Shown here piece after piece: positions 50,394 through 62,112 of a stretch of DNA of 64,000 nucleotides (positions are counted from its first letter, which is position 1; the number at the start of each line of letters is the position of its first letter). Origin of the DNA: Candidatus Latescibacterota bacterium (GTDB taxonomy: Bacteria > Latescibacterota > UBA2968 > UBA8231); NCBI GenBank assembly GCA_965204725.1, contig OZ242005.1, positions 3,744,001 through 3,808,000 of the forward strand, read 5' to 3'. Both the position numbers and the translations under genes were made by a program. A model generated the notes under the pieces. That model was not told the DNA's origin. It did not search any database and saw only the letters and a list, made by a program, of their open reading frames with translations.

Positions 50394-50426
50394 AAAGGGT
50401 CTGCGACGGCATGTCGTAAACCCTTT
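50394..50426 (-). terminator. Probable terminator downstream of the tRNA
   Basis: Imperfect hairpin AAAGGGT..CGAC/GTCG..ACCCTTT with a T-run on the minus strand. Confidence 0.5.
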
Positions 50427-50442
50427 CTACCTGACAGTATCA

Positions 50443-50518
50443 TGGTGGAGCTGAGGGGAATCGAACCCCTGACCTCCTGAATGCCATTCAGGCGCTCTCC
50501 CAACTGAGCTACAGCCCC
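50443..50518 (-). tRNA. tRNA-Ala(GGC)
   Basis: GGGGCTGTAGCTCAGTTGGGAGAGCG...TGGCA...GGTTCGATTCC...CTCCACCA; 76 nt, CCA encoded. Confidence 0.97.
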
Positions 50519-50569
50519 ATAAGGGTAAACAAGATAAGCAATCTCCCTCTACATCGTCAAGGAGTCGAG

Positions 50570-51034
50570 TTAAGGCACAGCCGCTTTCAGCCTAAGCCAC
50601 GTGTGGCCGCGCCGAGCCTCCACTTGCACCTCGGCCCCAAAGTCTGCGAGGTGGGCATCAACGTAGGCGTCGGTAGCGGCCAAGGCGACCGAGAGCGCGA
50701 AATAGAGCAGGCGATTGTTGCGGCGGGTGATGTGGTCTTGGTGTTGCTCGGGCGTAAGCGAGGGGCGGATGCGGCGATGTTCGACCACAACTGCGGCGAG
50801 GGCGGTTGCACTCGCCGCCCCGAAGAACAGCCCTTTGACAGGGCGGCCGTTATAAAACTGTCCCCAGCCGGGCAGCACTGCCGAGCGCAGGAGCGCGCCA
50901 TGGGCCGAAGGCAGCGCGTCGGTGCGAGTCGAATCGGTACTGGCCTTTGTGGCGGCGGCCGGTCGTCCAGCGAACAGGGCGAGGAGCAGGCTAGCCCAGC
51001 CGCATACCAGCCGCAATCGGGTAGCCCCGGACAA
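50570..51034 (-). CDS. DUF5683-like membrane protein
   Basis: ALLRSAVLPGWGQFYN, DAYVDAHL. Confidence 0.75.
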   Translation of the reverse strand: MSGATRLRLVCGWASLLLALFAGRPAAATKASTDSTRTDALPSAHGALLRSAVLPGWGQFYNGRPVKGLFFGAASATALAAVVVEHRRIRPSLTPEQHQDHITRRNNRLLYFALSVALAATDAYVDAHLADFGAEVQVEARRGHTWLRLKAAVP

Positions 51035-51914
51035 AGGCCGTTCCTTCCATGGCGGCTTTGCCCGCCGGTTGTACTTGGGTTAGTTGTAAGGCGCCCTCGC
51101 CGCAGGCCAAGGTTAAACCTCGGCGGCCATCGGCGCAGAGTACGGTACCGGGAGTGCCGCCGCCCGTAGCGTGCTGAGTTCGGTGTACTTTGAGCGTTTT
51201 GCCCTGCCAGTGGGTATAGGCCCCGGGCGCGGGGTTCATGCTGCGGACGAGGTTGCGGACCCGCTCGGCGGGTTGGCCCCAGTCAATCCGGCTGTCCTCT
51301 TTGGTCAGCTTGGGGGCACAACTGACGCCGTCCGCGCTTTGGGGCTGTCCGGTGAGGCGGCCGTCTTCTAGCCCATCAACGGTCTCCACGACCATATCGG
51401 CACCCTCCACACACAAGCGGGCCTCCAGCTCACCGGCCGTCTCAGCGCAGCCGATGGCAAAGCGGCGCTGGAGCAGGATATGCCCTGCGTCAATGCGCGG
51501 GCTGAGTTGGAAAGTAGTGATGCCGGTCTCCTGCTCGCCATTGGCTATCGCCCAGATAATGGGGGCCGCGCCGCGATACGCTGGCAAGAGCGAGGGATGT
51601 AGATTGATTGAGCCGAGGCGGGGAATGGCGAGTAGGGGGCGGGGCAGGATTGAAAAGGCGACGACGACAAAGAGGTCGGGCGGCCGGGCGGCCAGTGTTG
51701 CGGCTAGCGTGGGATCTTTGATCGTGGCCGGTTGCAGCACTTCTAATCCGAGCTGTAGCGCTTGTTCTTTGACCGGCGGACTGGCAAGCTGACGCCCTCG
51801 CCCTTGGGGGCGGTCGGGATTGGTGACCACGGCGATGATCTGGTGGCGGCTGTGGGCGAGGGCCTTTAAGGAGGGAACCGCAAAGCTAGGGGTTCCCATA
51901 AACACGACCCGCAC
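50991..51914 (-). CDS. fmt: Methionyl-tRNA formyltransferase
   Basis: FMGTPSFAV, NLHPSLLPAYRGAAPI. Confidence 0.95.
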   Translation of the reverse strand: MRVVFMGTPSFAVPSLKALAHSRHQIIAVVTNPDRPQGRGRQLASPPVKEQALQLGLEVLQPATIKDPTLAATLAARPPDLFVVVAFSILPRPLLAIPRLGSINLHPSLLPAYRGAAPIIWAIANGEQETGITTFQLSPRIDAGHILLQRRFAIGCAETAGELEARLCVEGADMVVETVDGLEDGRLTGQPQSADGVSCAPKLTKEDSRIDWGQPAERVRNLVRSMNPAPGAYTHWQGKTLKVHRTQHATGGGTPGTVLCADGRRGLTLACGEGALQLTQVQPAGKAAMEGTAFVRGYPIAAGMRLG

Positions 51915-52261
51915 TACTTCCCCTTGCCGTCGGCGTCTTCTTTGTTTTTCACTCGGGAAACGGCCGCCCGCGAGATCTCGATCTTGACGTTGTCGGCGAT
52001 TTTGACCACGAGAATATCGTCTTTGATGTTGAGAATGGTGCCGTGAATTCCGCCGCTGGTGACGATTTTATCGTTTTTTTCGAGTTCGTCGATCATCCGC
52101 TGTTGGTTCCTCTGTTTTTTCATCTGCGGCCTCAATATCAAGAGGTAGAGAACCAAAAACATCAGCACAAAGGGGAGGAACTGAACGATGGGGTTGGGCT
52201 GTTGGCCGCCTTCGGCGGGTGCGCCGCCCATAGCGTAGGCAGTGGCGATGAGATCGAACAC
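51914..52261 (-). CDS. yajC: Preprotein translocase subunit YajC
   Basis: YLLILRPQ.K, VTSGGIHG. Confidence 0.93.
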   Translation of the reverse strand: MFDLIATAYAMGGAPAEGGQQPNPIVQFLPFVLMFLVLYLLILRPQMKKQRNQQRMIDELEKNDKIVTSGGIHGTILNIKDDILVVKIADNVKIEISRAAVSRVKNKEDADGKGK

Positions 52262-52407
52262 GGATTAATTCCTTTCAGAAGAGTAAAACCTAGCAACTAA
52301 ATACCCGCGAGCGTTCAGAGTACGAGGCGGGAACGCCTTTGTCAAACCCTTTGACATTGCAGCATGGTCGCCGTTAAGATGGAGAGGTTGAGACAGGAGA
52401 ATTGGAC

Positions 52408-52971
52408 ATGAGCAGAAAAGGACCCAAGGCGCGGCCCAAGGGGCTAAACAAGTATCAGCGGGCGGCCTTTCGCCAAGGCGAACTGCGCGTGGGGCGCGAA
52501 GAGATTCAAGAGCTGTTGCTTATGTCGCGTAGCGCCGACCCAGACGATCGCTTACAGGCTGCGTCCTTTTTGTGCCCCTGCCACGTGCGTCGGAGCATAA
52601 ACGCGGTCTGGAAGGCACTCTATCGGATGCTCGAAGACCAAGATGTGCGGGTGCGCCGCGCCGCTTGGCACACGCTCGAAGACGGCGGCAAACCCGACGA
52701 CCCAGCCCTCGACGCGATCATAGAGCGGACCTTGGAGCGCGAGACCGACAAGCAAGTGCTCAATTTTGCGCGGCTGTTTTCCCAAGGGCGCGAAAAGCGC
52801 AAACAGGTCGAGTTCGAGGCAGCGGCAATGCCCGAGTATGCAGAGCGCGGCAAGTGCGATTTCTGCGGCGCGCGGCAGGTGCCGGTCAAGCGGGATTTTG
52901 CGACCGAACTCGATGTGGGCGGGGCGCGGCGGTTCGCCCTAGTATGCGCTCCCTGCGATCGAGCGGCCTGA
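52408..52971 (+). CDS. HEAT-repeat protein with CPCH motif and C-terminal CxxC...CxxC zinc ribbon
   Basis: LCPCHV, D.RVRRAAWHTL, CDFC...CAPC; AGGAG RBS. Confidence 0.65.
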   Translation: MSRKGPKARPKGLNKYQRAAFRQGELRVGREEIQELLLMSRSADPDDRLQAASFLCPCHVRRSINAVWKALYRMLEDQDVRVRRAAWHTLEDGGKPDDPALDAIIERTLERETDKQVLNFARLFSQGREKRKQVEFEAAAMPEYAERGKCDFCGARQVPVKRDFATELDVGGARRFALVCAPCDRAA

Positions 52972-52980
52972 GCCGATGTT

Positions 52981-55229
<2,249 letters not shown>

Positions 55230-55233
55230 CGGC

Positions 55234-55899
55234 TCAGGGCGCGACTTGCTGCTTTAGAGCCGCCCAGCTAAAGGCGGTTGCCAAGGGCTTGCCGGCCTCG
55301 CCGCAGGAACCGGTCAAGGCATCGTTCTCCCAGCGGACGATCTTCCACAGGTTGTCGTCTGGGTCGAGGCGGAGCTTGTAGGTCATGTTCTGATCGACGC
55401 GGAAGCCATCGCCGTTCTCGTCGATCAGGGTCATCTGCACCCGGCCGTAAAATACCGCCCAATCTTCGTCTGGGTGGCCGTTGGGATCGCCGGGAAAGGC
55501 TTCCGGGTGTTCGTCCCCAAATTCTTGAAAGCGGCGAATAAGATCAAAGCTGTACTCAAAATTGCGATAGATGTCGAAAATACCCGGTCGCGATCCATCG
55601 CGGCTGCCGCCCATGATTTCCAGTTCTTCTTCCAAGTTGTTGAAGTACGCTACTTCGAGGAGACAATTTTTCTCGGTAAACAAGAAATCCTTATCGAGCA
55701 AGCTCTCGTAGAGCTCCGGGTCGCGGGTGTCCATGGCGCGGTCGAGATTGTCCATGAGTTGCTCGGGCGTTGTGGCCTCGGGGGCGGGTGGTTCCGGCGG
55801 CTCTAATTCGGCGGGAGGGATTTTATCAGCTCCAAAGGGGTTGTCGCAGGCACTCAGGGCGAGGAGGCCGCAAAAGCTCAAGAGGGCAAGTGATTTCAC
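55234..55899 (-). CDS. Lipoprotein, possible NTF2-like fold
   Basis: Lipobox LSAC; TPEQLMDNL...DFLF...WKIVRWEND; C-terminal SWAALK. Confidence 0.65.
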   Translation of the reverse strand: MKSLALLSFCGLLALSACDNPFGADKIPPAELEPPEPPAPEATTPEQLMDNLDRAMDTRDPELYESLLDKDFLFTEKNCLLEVAYFNNLEEELEIMGGSRDGSRPGIFDIYRNFEYSFDLIRRFQEFGDEHPEAFPGDPNGHPDEDWAVFYGRVQMTLIDENGDGFRVDQNMTYKLRLDPDDNLWKIVRWENDALTGSCGEAGKPLATAFSWAALKQQVAP

Positions 55900-55990
55900 G
55901 GTTGTACTCCATTTCGTTACGGGGTTCGTTGTGCTACTTACAATATACATTATTCGAGAAGTATAGGAGAATTAGGAACGCGCCGAGCGT

Positions 55991-56749
55991 TCATTGCGAG
56001 AAGACCGCCCGCAGTTCCCCCCAAGAGAACTTGGCCGAAGCCCGGTCGCGCTGGTCGCGCCAAACCGCGATGGACCACACGGGATTTTCCGCCGTTGGCG
56101 TCACCAAATCGATTTCCGCCAGCCCCTTAATGCCGATGGTGTTGAACGTCGTTTCCTCGGCGTCCGACTCGGCCGCGCTGATTCGCTCGACGAACTCGGC
56201 CTCGTAGGGAAAGATGAAGGTCTGGCGCAGCTCGTCGTCGGAGAGGATGCGCTCGTCCAAAGACGATCTGAACCAGCGCACAAAGCGCGCACTATGGATC
56301 CGCTCTGGTGAGAGAATGAGGCGGGCGAAGTTGCGTTCCTCGGTCGCCGCCCAGAGGGTGTCGCGGTTGGCGGCGTAGATCTCTGGATATAGCTGCACAT
56401 CCTCGGGGTCGGGGATAAAGACAAAATCGTCGGTGAGCTGATCCATGTACTGTTGGGGGCTGCGGAACTCGGGTTGGGCTTGAAAGATAGAAGTGAGATT
56501 GGCCAGCACCGCTTCGGGGCGCGTGCGCTCGTTCAGGAAGAGTTGTGGTCCGCTGGGGCAATCGGGAATCTGGGTCGAGAGCGGAGTCTTAGGGTCGGGG
56601 CGCGCCTCCGCGGCGGTGACGTCCGCGCAGTGGGGAAAAAGCTGGACACTCGTCTCGTCGGGCACACAGCGACAATCCACTTGTTCGCTGTCTCCGATGG
56701 CGCAGCCAGCCAACAGCACCGCAAGCAGAAATGATCGGGACGAGGGCAT
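55991..56749 (-). CDS. Lipoprotein paralogous to the adjacent one
   Basis: Lipobox LAGC; RPEAVLANL...DDFVF...WSIAVWRD; C-terminal SWGELR. Confidence 0.65.
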   Translation of the reverse strand: MPSSRSFLLAVLLAGCAIGDSEQVDCRCVPDETSVQLFPHCADVTAAEARPDPKTPLSTQIPDCPSGPQLFLNERTRPEAVLANLTSIFQAQPEFRSPQQYMDQLTDDFVFIPDPEDVQLYPEIYAANRDTLWAATEERNFARLILSPERIHSARFVRWFRSSLDERILSDDELRQTFIFPYEAEFVERISAAESDAEETTFNTIGIKGLAEIDLVTPTAENPVWSIAVWRDQRDRASAKFSWGELRAVFSQ

Positions 56750-56757
56750 GGCGCGGC

Positions 56758-57699
56758 TCAGTGGGTGACAAAAGGCACGGGCGCGAAACAGACGACAAAG
56801 ACCAGCAGGCAGAGGTAGCCGACGACGTGCCGACTGCGGTCCAGCGTGACGAAGGGGTCGTAGGGAGCCGGGTGATCCTTGCCAAAAAGCGCGAGGAAAA
56901 AGGCCAGCGCGAGCCACCCCGGCCATCCTTGGGGCCATTCCCACAGCAGGGATAGGACCCCATAAACCCCCAAGGCCAGCAACGCGACGTACGCCGTGCG
57001 GGCGATCAGCCGGTGCCGGGGGCCAAAGAGCGCGTAGGTAATATGGCCCCCGTCGAGTTGGCCGATCGGAAAGAGATTGAAGGCCGTGATAAACAGCCCA
57101 ACCCAACCGGCAAAAGCCACCGGATCCAAAAGGACCATTTGGTCCGGCCCAATGGCGGGCAAGACGAGCGCGGCGATGCCGGAAAAGAGCAAGGGCGCCC
57201 CCAATTCGATGGGGGAAGAGTGAAAGTAATCGACCGAAACCACGGCCGAGCGCGAAAGCCCGACAAAGCAGGCCGCGAGGGCGACGACAAAGCCCGCTAG
57301 GGGGCCGGCCGCGCCAATGTCGAGGAGGGCGCGCTTGTTGGGGATGGGGGAGCGAATTTTGATGACCGCGCCCAAAGTGCCGAGGAAGGAAACATAGGGC
57401 AGGGGGAGAAAGTACGGCAGCGAGGCCCTGACTCCCCAGCGGTGGGCCGCAAAGTAATGGCCGAATTCGTGGACTGTGAGAATAAAGAGCAAGGTCGCGG
57501 CAAACGGGATGCCCTCAACGAGGTGGACCAAGGCCGCAATGCTGCTCAGCGGGTCAACCCCTTGCTGCATGGCGCCAGCCATCGTAGTCGAGGCAATGGT
57601 ACAGAAAAACAGCAGCAGGTGGACCCATAGGCGCGGGGGCGGGGGGCGGGTCGAGGTAGGCGGCACCACCGGCGACGCCGTTTTGCGCCAGAAGTTCAA
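56758..57699 (-). CDS. Site-2 protease (M50 family)
   Basis: HEFGH, AGPLAG, NLFPIGQLDGGH. Confidence 0.9.
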   Translation of the reverse strand: MNFWRKTASPVVPPTSTRPPPPRLWVHLLLFFCTIASTTMAGAMQQGVDPLSSIAALVHLVEGIPFAATLLFILTVHEFGHYFAAHRWGVRASLPYFLPLPYVSFLGTLGAVIKIRSPIPNKRALLDIGAAGPLAGFVVALAACFVGLSRSAVVSVDYFHSSPIELGAPLLFSGIAALVLPAIGPDQMVLLDPVAFAGWVGLFITAFNLFPIGQLDGGHITYALFGPRHRLIARTAYVALLALGVYGVLSLLWEWPQGWPGWLALAFFLALFGKDHPAPYDPFVTLDRSRHVVGYLCLLVFVVCFAPVPFVTH

Positions 57700-58553
57700 G
57701 GGTTTGCCTTTTCTAGCTGGAGGCTGACCCAGTGCGCGTCGCCCAAGCCCGCGCCAAAAGGCAGATAGGCGTAGTCGATGACCCAGCGCTTGCCCACGAG
57801 GCCCAGCCCGGCCGCGAGGCTGCGGTTTTCAGTGCTCTGATAGCCTGCGCGCAGGCGCAAGCGCTCGCCGGCCCGGTATTCGCCGCCCAGATGCAGCGTG
57901 AGGTCGTCGCCGCGGGCCTTGCGCGCTTCAACGGCCACGAGCAGATCGGCCCGGCCGACAAAGGTGCCGCCGACCCGAGCTTCTAAGGGCAGGTCGGTCT
58001 CCCGGCGGTCGAGGCGATTCATGCGACCCACGTTGCGGACTGTGGCCCCCAAGCGCACACGGGCCGCGATGTCGAACACTAGGCCAAAATCAGCGGCCAA
58101 GCCGCTGGCGTTTTGCGTGAAAATGGACTGGCGGATGAATTTTAGCTGCAAGCCGAGGCGCGTCCGCTTTAGCTGGCGGGCGTAGCTCAGGCCCACTGCT
58201 CCCTCATATACGCCGAAGTGCCCCAGCGGCTCGGCCGAGGGGCCGGTGCGGCGCGCTAGGCCGCTGTCGTGCAATAGCTGGGCGGAAAGTGCCCATGTAC
58301 TGCGGCCACGAGCCTGCGTCAGGTCTAGGTGGTTCTGGCGAATATTCTGGATCGAGACTTGGTGGTTAAAGGCGACGCTGCGCCCACGCGATTGCCGGGC
58401 CGCTGGGTTGAGGGCTTGGGCGTTGAGCAGGGCCGTCCCCGCGCCGGCCAAAGCCGCGGCGTATGCCCCGCCACCTTGGCGCAGCGAGGGCAGCCCGGCC
58501 GCGGCGAGGGCCGTGGGCAGCACTAAGAGGGCGACCAATAAGAGAGCCATCAC
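57696..58553 (-). CDS. PorV/PorQ-like beta-barrel
   Basis: AAALAGA...NPA, ADFG, NVG, LP, IDYAYLPF..LG..H.VS. Confidence 0.7.
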   Translation of the reverse strand: MMALLLVALLVLPTALAAAGLPSLRQGGGAYAAALAGAGTALLNAQALNPAARQSRGRSVAFNHQVSIQNIRQNHLDLTQARGRSTWALSAQLLHDSGLARRTGPSAEPLGHFGVYEGAVGLSYARQLKRTRLGLQLKFIRQSIFTQNASGLAADFGLVFDIAARVRLGATVRNVGRMNRLDRRETDLPLEARVGGTFVGRADLLVAVEARKARGDDLTLHLGGEYRAGERLRLRAGYQSTENRSLAAGLGLVGKRWVIDYAYLPFGAGLGDAHWVSLQLEKANP

Positions 58554-58557
58554 TTGG

Positions 58558-59472
58558 TCAGAACGCCAGCACTAGCCCCACGGTCGTGCGGCCCCCAGTG
58601 CCGAGGGGATCGGTTAAGTACGCATATTGGAATTGCAAGGTCTCGCGGTGCATGGGGTGCAAGGTCAGCCCGACCGAGAGTTGGCCTCCGTCTTCGACGC
58701 CGAGGCGGTGGAGGCCGCCGCGCATTGCGAGCAACGCACTGAGCTGCCATTCGGCCCCGAGGTTGACGCTTTGCTCCCCATCGGCGCGCAGTTCGGCGGC
58801 CAACAGCAGGGCGTCCAAAAGCCGATGGGAGGCACCAAAGACGAAAATGCGCGGCAGGGCATTCTCCGTGGTATTCGACCGCTGATCGGCGTGGCGCACC
58901 TTCCAAGTGAGTTCGGTGCCAAAATTGGACGCGCTCGCTCCGAGCCAAGTATGCTCGGCCACGCGGAACTGCACCCCCAAATCGAAGCCGCTGCCGTTGG
59001 CCGTGGCTTGGGGAGCGGAGGGCCTAGCGATGCCCTGTCTGAGGAGTTTAACGGCCAGACCAACTGCGAGGCGCGGCCCTAGGGAGCGCCCTATTCCCAA
59101 GATAAAAGCGTCCGCTCGGTCGTCGATTGGCCCTGTGTACTGACCACTCGCCGTGCGGCCCTTGATCCCGCCGACTGCGGCATGGGACCAAGCAAAGCCA
59201 AAGCCCATGTCGCCGCGGACGTTGAACGCGAGCGCAGCACTGCCTTGCCGCCGCCCTAGCGAGAGCGACTGAATGGAGGTCTGTAGGGTCTTGCCGCGCA
59301 GGCGGGCGAGGCCGGCCGGATTCCAGTAGGGGGAGGACGCATCGTCGGCCGCGGCGACAAAGGCGCCCAGCCCTAGGCCGCGGGCACCCAGCCCCGTTCT
59401 GAGAAAGGCGGCCGCAAAATCGGCCCCGTGCGCGGCCGAGGCCGCGAGCAATAGCGCGCAGAGCGTTTTCAA
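58558..59472 (-). CDS. PorV/PorQ-like beta-barrel
   Basis: AAFLRTGLGARGLGLG.A..A.ADD.S..YWNPAGL. Confidence 0.78.
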   Translation of the reverse strand: MKTLCALLLAASAAHGADFAAAFLRTGLGARGLGLGAFVAAADDASSPYWNPAGLARLRGKTLQTSIQSLSLGRRQGSAALAFNVRGDMGFGFAWSHAAVGGIKGRTASGQYTGPIDDRADAFILGIGRSLGPRLAVGLAVKLLRQGIARPSAPQATANGSGFDLGVQFRVAEHTWLGASASNFGTELTWKVRHADQRSNTTENALPRIFVFGASHRLLDALLLAAELRADGEQSVNLGAEWQLSALLAMRGGLHRLGVEDGGQLSVGLTLHPMHRETLQFQYAYLTDPLGTGGRTTVGLVLAF

Positions 59473-61130
59473 TCGAGCACCACCACTCGGCCAAAGGCCC
59501 GTTGACCGGTGTTTAGGGCAATGCGGTAAAAGTACGTGCCATTGGCTACTAGTTGGCCATCTTGGTCGCGGCCATCCCAAAGGATGCGGTGATCAACGCC
59601 GCCAGCAAAGGGCGCGTCGGCCGCGAGGTTGCGGACGAGGCCGCTGGCAAAGTCGTAGATCGCGACCGAGACCGCTGCGTCCTGCGACAGGCTAAAGACG
59701 ATGGTCGTCGTTTCGCGCGAGGGAGCAAAAGGGTTGGGGGCTGCATACGCGAGGGCGGTGCTGTCGGGTACGCCTCCAGCGCGGACGAAGGTGCCTTCGT
59801 CGAGGGTGCGCGTGCGGACTAGGTCGCGGATGACGCGCCAAGTGGCCCCTTCGTCCGCAGAGCGTCCAAGGCCCTGCTCGGCTCCCACCCAGAGCACCTC
59901 GCCCACCCTCGCCAGCCCGACGAAGGTTCCGGTTAGAGGCTGTCCATCAGCGACTTCTATCGGGTCCCAAGCGCGTTCTGAGTCGGTCGTCAGGGTTGGG
60001 TCTGGGCTGGCTAGCAGCCCTTGGTCGGTGCCGGCCCAAACAAAATTGGGGGTAAAAGCAAAGTCCCAGGCAAAAGTCGGCCCGGTGTGTCCCCAAGTCT
60101 GGCCGAGGTCGCGGCTGACGCTGATGGCTTGGGTTTGCCCGGGCGCTGTGGTGTTGGTTCCCGCCCAGATGGCCGTGGTGCCGTCGGGTAGAATTTGGCG
60201 TTCGAGTGCAACGACCCAGTTGCCGGATGGATGGCCGCGGAGGGGAGTGCCCTCTTCGCTGAGGCGCACTTTGGCGTTTTGCCAATGTTGGCCGCCATCA
60301 AAGGTGAAGGCGATCCCACCCGAAGTGCCGATCCACACCGTATCTCCGTAAGCGACAACCGCAAAAGTGCGGTGCAGAAGTGCTTGGCTAGCCAAGCTGT
60401 CGGCGGCGGTGCGCAACGAGGCAATGCGGCTCGGATCGGCGTTTTCGCTGGCGAGGCTGTCGGCCACACTTTGCAAGCTGTCGGCGGTCGTTTCGCTGGC
60501 GAAGAAGACGATCTCGTCTGCGCCGCCGGGCAAGAAGGGTTCCCAAGTGCGGCCTTGGTCGAGCGACCGCACAGTAGAGCCGGCGAAAAAGGCGGCGTAC
60601 ACGGCCTCCCCGTCGATGGAGAGGTCAAAACAAGCATTGAGGATCGTCGTGCCGGGAGTGCGCTCAAAACCGGGCTTGGCGGGGTCGAAAATGAACTCGT
60701 TGGGAATGTGGTGCCAAGAGCCGCCGCCATCGTGGGAAAAACTCAACCCAGTGCCCGCTTGTTGCGCACCCTGTCCCGCGATAACCGAATCGATCAAGGT
60801 CCCTACCCACACGGTATCGCCGACCGCGTCGAGGGCACTAATTGCACCGCGGCCGAGGCCGTTGAGCTCGGTAAAGGTGACCCAGTCCGCCGAGTTGAGG
60901 CCGTTGCTTTGCGCTGGATCGAGCCGCGCCACTCCGCTTTCGGTACCGACCCATACATAGCGCCCACTCCAAACGATGTCGCCTATTGAAGTGCCGAATA
61001 GCCCGCGGATAGGCTCGGACGCCTGATGGAACCGCTGGGGCCGGAGCGCGTGGCCGGGCGATAGATGGAGCGCGAGGACGAGCAACGCGAAAGAGCAGAG
61101 GACGGACAGCCGAAAGAAGAAATAGGTCAT
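59469..61130 (-). CDS. Secreted beta-propeller (BNR/Asp-box) protein with C-terminal FlgD-Ig domain
   Basis: Repeated S.D.G.TW and VWVGT; PNPF.P...WDGRD..G..VANGTYFY. Confidence 0.78.
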   Translation of the reverse strand: MTYFFFRLSVLCSFALLVLALHLSPGHALRPQRFHQASEPIRGLFGTSIGDIVWSGRYVWVGTESGVARLDPAQSNGLNSADWVTFTELNGLGRGAISALDAVGDTVWVGTLIDSVIAGQGAQQAGTGLSFSHDGGGSWHHIPNEFIFDPAKPGFERTPGTTILNACFDLSIDGEAVYAAFFAGSTVRSLDQGRTWEPFLPGGADEIVFFASETTADSLQSVADSLASENADPSRIASLRTAADSLASQALLHRTFAVVAYGDTVWIGTSGGIAFTFDGGQHWQNAKVRLSEEGTPLRGHPSGNWVVALERQILPDGTTAIWAGTNTTAPGQTQAISVSRDLGQTWGHTGPTFAWDFAFTPNFVWAGTDQGLLASPDPTLTTDSERAWDPIEVADGQPLTGTFVGLARVGEVLWVGAEQGLGRSADEGATWRVIRDLVRTRTLDEGTFVRAGGVPDSTALAYAAPNPFAPSRETTTIVFSLSQDAAVSVAIYDFASGLVRNLAADAPFAGGVDHRILWDGRDQDGQLVANGTYFYRIALNTGQRAFGRVVVLD

Positions 61131-61153
61131 CGAGCGAGCATTTTTACTGCGGC

Positions 61154-61981
61154 TCAAACATAAGTGGAGGCCCGCTCGCGCATGGCCTCGATTACTTCGT
61201 AACCGACTCCGTAGTCGCCGATGCGGGTGCCGTGGCTGTCTCCGTGGCTGTCGGAGCCTCCCGACTTGATCAGGCCATAGCGGTCGGCGAGTTGGTCGTA
61301 GTATTCCATTTGCGCCGGCTGGTGGGCTGGGTGGAAGACCTCAATGCCGTCGAGCCCGTAGGCGACTAACTGCTCAATGATGGCCTCGAGGAGGCGGATG
61401 CTGGGGTGGGCGAGCACGGCCACTCCCCCTGTGCGATGGATGAGGGTGATGAGATCTTTGGCCGCGACGTAGGGCTTAGGCTTAAAAGCCGGCCCGTGAT
61501 CGCCGATGTAGCGGCTGAAGGCTTCGTCTTTGTCGGCTACTAGGCCGTTTGCCACCATGGCCGCGGCGATGTGCGGCCGCCCGAGCGGGCTGCCTTTGGC
61601 TTGGGAGAGCACGTCGTCGAGGCTGACGGCCAGCCCCATGGCGTTGAGTGCTTTGATGATCGCGACCCCCCGCTGGTAGCGGGCTTGGAAAGACTGGGCG
61701 AGCGTCGTGCCGAGCTGGTCGTCTTGGTAGTCTATGCAGTAGGCGAGAATGTGGACTTCGCGGTCGCGGATGTGGGCACTCAACTCGGTGCCGGGCACCA
61801 CTTCCATCTGCATCCGCTCGCCAGCCGCCGTGGCCTCGGGGACGCCCTTGACCGTGTCGTGATCGGTCAAACTCATCGCTTGCAAACCCGCTTCGCAGGC
61901 CTCTTCGACTGCTTCAGTCGGCGTCCGCAACCCGTCGGAGCACAGGGAGTGCGTATGGAGATCAGCTAAATTGTACGACAT
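61154..61981 (-). CDS. PHP-domain phosphoesterase
   Basis: DLHTHS..SDG, LTDHD, GRPHIA, LAHP, GGSDSHG. Confidence 0.9.
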   Translation of the reverse strand: MSYNLADLHTHSLCSDGLRTPTEAVEEACEAGLQAMSLTDHDTVKGVPEATAAGERMQMEVVPGTELSAHIRDREVHILAYCIDYQDDQLGTTLAQSFQARYQRGVAIIKALNAMGLAVSLDDVLSQAKGSPLGRPHIAAAMVANGLVADKDEAFSRYIGDHGPAFKPKPYVAAKDLITLIHRTGGVAVLAHPSIRLLEAIIEQLVAYGLDGIEVFHPAHQPAQMEYYDQLADRYGLIKSGGSDSHGDSHGTRIGDYGVGYEVIEAMRERASTYV

Positions 61982-62112
61982 GAGGGTCTTTATCTGTGAT
62001 TCTGTGAGAAGGCTATTCCAAAGTCCCGTTAATACATAATGAAAGAAAGCCTTTTGCCGCGCTCAATCAAGCCCACAGCGCGATGCGCCTCCCATAGCAA
62101 GGGCGCGTCTTG

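Noticed and set aside
50443-50518. tRNA-Ala as an island integration site
   Set aside because: Flanked by housekeeping genes; I saw no integrase or duplicated 3' end
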